From Eledone cirrhosa (taxonomy: Eukaryota), in assembly GCA_964016885.1 (NCBI GenBank), contig OZ024744.1, positions 30,070,001 to 30,134,000 on the forward strand: a stretch of DNA of 64,000 nt, in the 5' to 3' direction. The notes beneath the pieces are model-generated. The model had not been told where the DNA came from and ran no database searches. It worked only from the letters and a program-made list of their open reading frames with translations. The stretch's first letter is position 1, and every line of letters begins with the position of its first letter. Below are positions 60,901 through 64,000 of the stretch, in pieces. Made by a program: the position numbers and the translations under genes.

Positions 60901-63900
60901 AGATACACCTAGAACACAAAGTAATCACTGTATGTCCCTCTATGTAAATAGGACAGTCACACCTATATCTGACCATGGATACACCTAGAACACAAAGTAA
61001 TCACTGTATGTCCCTATATGTAAATAGGACAGTTACACCCACATCTGACCATATATACACCTAGAACATAAAGTACTCACTGTATGTCCCTCTATGTAAA
61101 TATGACAGTCACACCTACATCTGACCATAGATACACATAGAACACAAAGTAATCAATGTATGTCCCTCTATGTAAATAGGACAGTCACACCTACATCTGA
61201 CTATAGATACACCTAGAACACAAAGTAATCACTGTATGTCCCTAAGTGTAAATAGGACAGTCACACCTACATCTGACCATAGATACACCTAGAACACAAA
61301 GTAATCACTGTATGTCCCTCTATGTAAATAGGACAGTCACACCTATATCTGACCATGGATACACCTAGAACACAAAGTAATCACTGTATCTCCCTCTATG
61401 TAACTAGTACAGTCACACCTACATCTGACTATAGATACACCTAGAACACAAACTAATCACTGTATGTCCCTCTATGTAAATAGTACAGTCACACCTACAT
61501 CTGACTATAGATACACCTAGAACACAAAGTAATCATTGTATGTCCCTCTATGTAAATAGTACAGTCACACCTTCATCTGACTATAGATACACCTAGAACA
61601 CAAAGTAATCACTGTACGTCCCTCTGTGTAAATAGGACAGTCACACCTACATCTGACCATAGATACACCTAGAACACAAAGTAATCACTGTATGTCCCTC
61701 TATGTAAATAGGACAGTCACACCTATATCTGACCATGGATACACCTAGAACACAAAGTAATCACTGTATCTCCCTCTATGTAACTAGTACAGTCACACCT
61801 ACATCTGACTATAGATACACCTAGAACACAAACTAATCACTGTATGTCCCTCTATGTAAATAGTACAGTCACAGCTACATCTGACTATAGATACACCTAG
61901 AACACAAAGTAATCATTGTATGTCCCTCTATGTAAATAGTACAGTCACACCTTCATCTGACTATAGATACACCTAGAACACAAAGTAATCACTGTACGTC
62001 CCTCTGTGTAAATAGGACAGTCACACCTACATCTGACCATGGATACACCTAGAACACAAAGTAATCAATGTATGTCCCTCTATGTAAATAGGACAGTCAC
62101 ACCTACATCTGACTATAGATACACATAGAACACAAAGTAATCAATGTATGTCCCTCTATGTAAATAGGACAGTCACACCTACATCTGACTATAGATACAC
62201 GTAGAACACAATGTAATCACTGTGTGTCCCTCTATGTAAATAGGACAGTCACACCTACATCTGACCATAGATACACCTAGAACACAAAGTACTCACTGTA
62301 TGTCCCTCTATGTAAATATAACAGTCACACCTACATCTGACCATAGATACACATAGAACACAAAGTACTCAATGTATGTCCCTCTATGTAAATAGGACAG
62401 TCACACCTACATCTGACCATAGATACACCTAGAACACAAAGTAATCACTGTATGTCCCTAAGTGTAAATAGGACAGTCACACCTACATCTGACCATAGAT
62501 ACACCTAGAACACAAAGTAATCACTGTATGTCCCTCTATGTAAATAGTACAGTCACACCTACATGTGACTATAGATACACCTAGAACACAAAGTAATCAC
62601 TGTACGTCCCTGTATGTAAATAGGACAGTCACACCTACATCTGACCATAGATACACCTAGAACAGAAAGTAATCAATGTATGTCCCTCTATGTAAATAGT
62701 ACAATCACACCTACATCTGACTATAGATACACCTAGAGCACAAAGTAATCACTGTATGTCCCTCTATGTAAATAGTACAGTCACAACTACATCTGACTAT
62801 AGATACACCTAGAACACAAAGTAATCAATGTATGTCCCTATATGTAAATAGGACAGTTACACCCACATCTGACCATATATACACCTAGAACATAAAGTAC
62901 TCACTGTATGTCCCTCTATGTAAATATGACAGTCACACCTACATCTGACCATAGATACACATAGAACACAAAGTAATCAATGTATGTCCCTCTATGTAAA
63001 TAGGACAGTCACACCTACATTTGACCATAGATACACCTAGAACACAAAGTAATCACTGTATGTCCCTAAGTGTAAATAGGACAGTCACACCTACATCTGA
63101 CCATAGATACACCTAGAACACAAAGTAATCACTGTATGTCCCTCTATGTAAATAGGAGAGTCACACCTATATCTGACCATGGATACACCTAGAACACAAA
63201 GTAATCACTGTATCTCCCTCTATGTAAATAGTACAGTCACACCTACATCTGACTATAGATACACCTAGAACACAAAGTAATCACTGTATGTCCCTCTATG
63301 TAAATAGTACAGTCACAACTACATCTGACTATAGATACACCTAGAACACAAAGTAATCACTGTATGTCCCTCTATGTAAATAGTACAGTCACACCTTCAT
63401 CTGACTATAGATACACCTAGAACACAAAGTAATCACTCTACGTCCCTCTATGTAAATAGGACAGTCACACCTACATCTGACCATAGATACACCTAGAACA
63501 CAAAGTAATCAATGTATGTCCCTCTATGTAAATAGGACAGTCACACCTACATCTGACTATAGATACACATAGAACACAAAGTAATCAATGTATGTCCCTC
63601 TATGTAAATAGGACAGTCACACCTATATCTGACTATAGATACACCTAGAACACAAAGTAATCACTGTGTGTCCCTCTATGTAAATAGTACAGTCACACCT
63701 ACATCTGACTATAGATACACCTAGAACACAAAGTAATCACTGTATGTCCCTCTATGTAAATAGTACAGTCACACCTTCATCTGACTATAGATACACCTAG
63801 AACACAAAGTAATCACTGCACGTCCCTCTATGTAAATAGGACAGTCACACCTACATCTGACCATAGATACACCTAGAACACAAAGTAATCACTGTATGTC

Positions 63901-64000
63901 CCTCTATGTAAATAGGACAGTCACACTTACATCTGAATATATATACACCTAGAACACAAAGTAATCACTGTATGTCCCTAAGTTTCAATAGGACAGTCAC
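51914..64000. repeat. Satellite domain C (about 159 monomers)
   Basis: Diagnostic variants are ctatatctgaccatgg+tatctccc, runs of tagtac monomers, accttca, ccctaagtgt, gttacacccac/catatata/aacataaagtactc/atatgac, aacagaaag and taactag+aaacta. The domain A markers tcatttta and agatct are absent. Confidence 0.88.
52520..57000. repeat. Near-perfect 30-monomer (2280 bp) tandem duplication in domain C
   Basis: The lines from about 52561-54700 match those from about 54841-56980. Shared private variants include tcagtgt (53476/55756) and tgtttgtctc (53632/55912). The only difference I saw is cattg at 53401 versus cactg at 55681. Confidence 0.92.

Larger units (their letters stand above)
1..64000. 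repeat. Tandem satellite array, 76-bp monomer, 842 complete copies, single orientation, open at both window edges
   Basis: The monomer acacctacat...ggacagtc restarts at 1, 77, 153 and so on, and the phase recurs every 1140 bp (15x76) at 1141, 2281 and 3421. The last monomer ends at 63998 = 842x76 + 6, matching the observed indels (-1, +1, -2, and eight +1). Consensus composition is A28 C20 G10 T18. Confidence 0.99.

Noticed and set aside
1-64000. CRISPR array or repeat-spacer system
   Set aside because: There are no unique spacers. The whole 76 bp is repeated with only point variants, and there is no leader or cas gene.
1-64000. Repetitive protein-coding ORF
   Set aside because: 76 is not a multiple of 3, and each monomer carries several stops on both strands (+: TGA, TAG, TAA; -: TAG, TGA), so no long frame can stay open.
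1-64000. Tandem tRNA, 5S or other small RNA gene array (76 nt is tRNA-sized)
   Set aside because: There is no cloverleaf pairing, no GTTCRA T-loop/B-box and no recognisable A-box on either strand. The length match appears coincidental.
1-64000. Telomeric repeat or CENP-B box
   Set aside because: There is no short TTAGGG/TTAGG-type tandem unit. The CENP-B box needs two CpGs (TTCG....A..CGGG), which are absent.
1-64000. Embedded transposon, unique island or inversion
   Set aside because: Monomer phase is accounted for to the base from 1 to 63998 by 11 small indels, which leaves no room for an insertion. No reverse-complement monomers were seen.
1-64000. Variant pattern as encoded information or diversity-generating cassettes
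   Set aside because: The variant order is explained by nested duplication and recombination. There is no recombinase, reverse transcriptase or expression locus in the window.

Overview
The entire 64 kb window is one uninterrupted head-to-tail satellite DNA array of a 76-bp monomer. The consensus is acacctacatctgaccatagatacacctagaacacaaagtaatcactgtatgtccctctatgtaaataggacagtc, about 39.5% GC, with no CpG. It contains 842 complete monomers plus 2 bp: the 11 indels I found sum to +6 bp, and 842x76+6=63998. I see no genes, RNA genes, transposons, CRISPR spacers, unique sequence or strand inversions. The structure lies in the variant pattern, which defines three domains with distinct diagnostic substitutions (A 1-46436, B 46437-51913, C 51914-64000). 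Each domain is built from irregular, nested multi-monomer duplications of about 3 to 159 monomers rather than one fixed higher-order repeat. This most resembles eukaryotic centromeric, pericentromeric or heterochromatic satellite, but the organism and function cannot be determined from the window. I found no evidence for a novel protein-coding or defence system.
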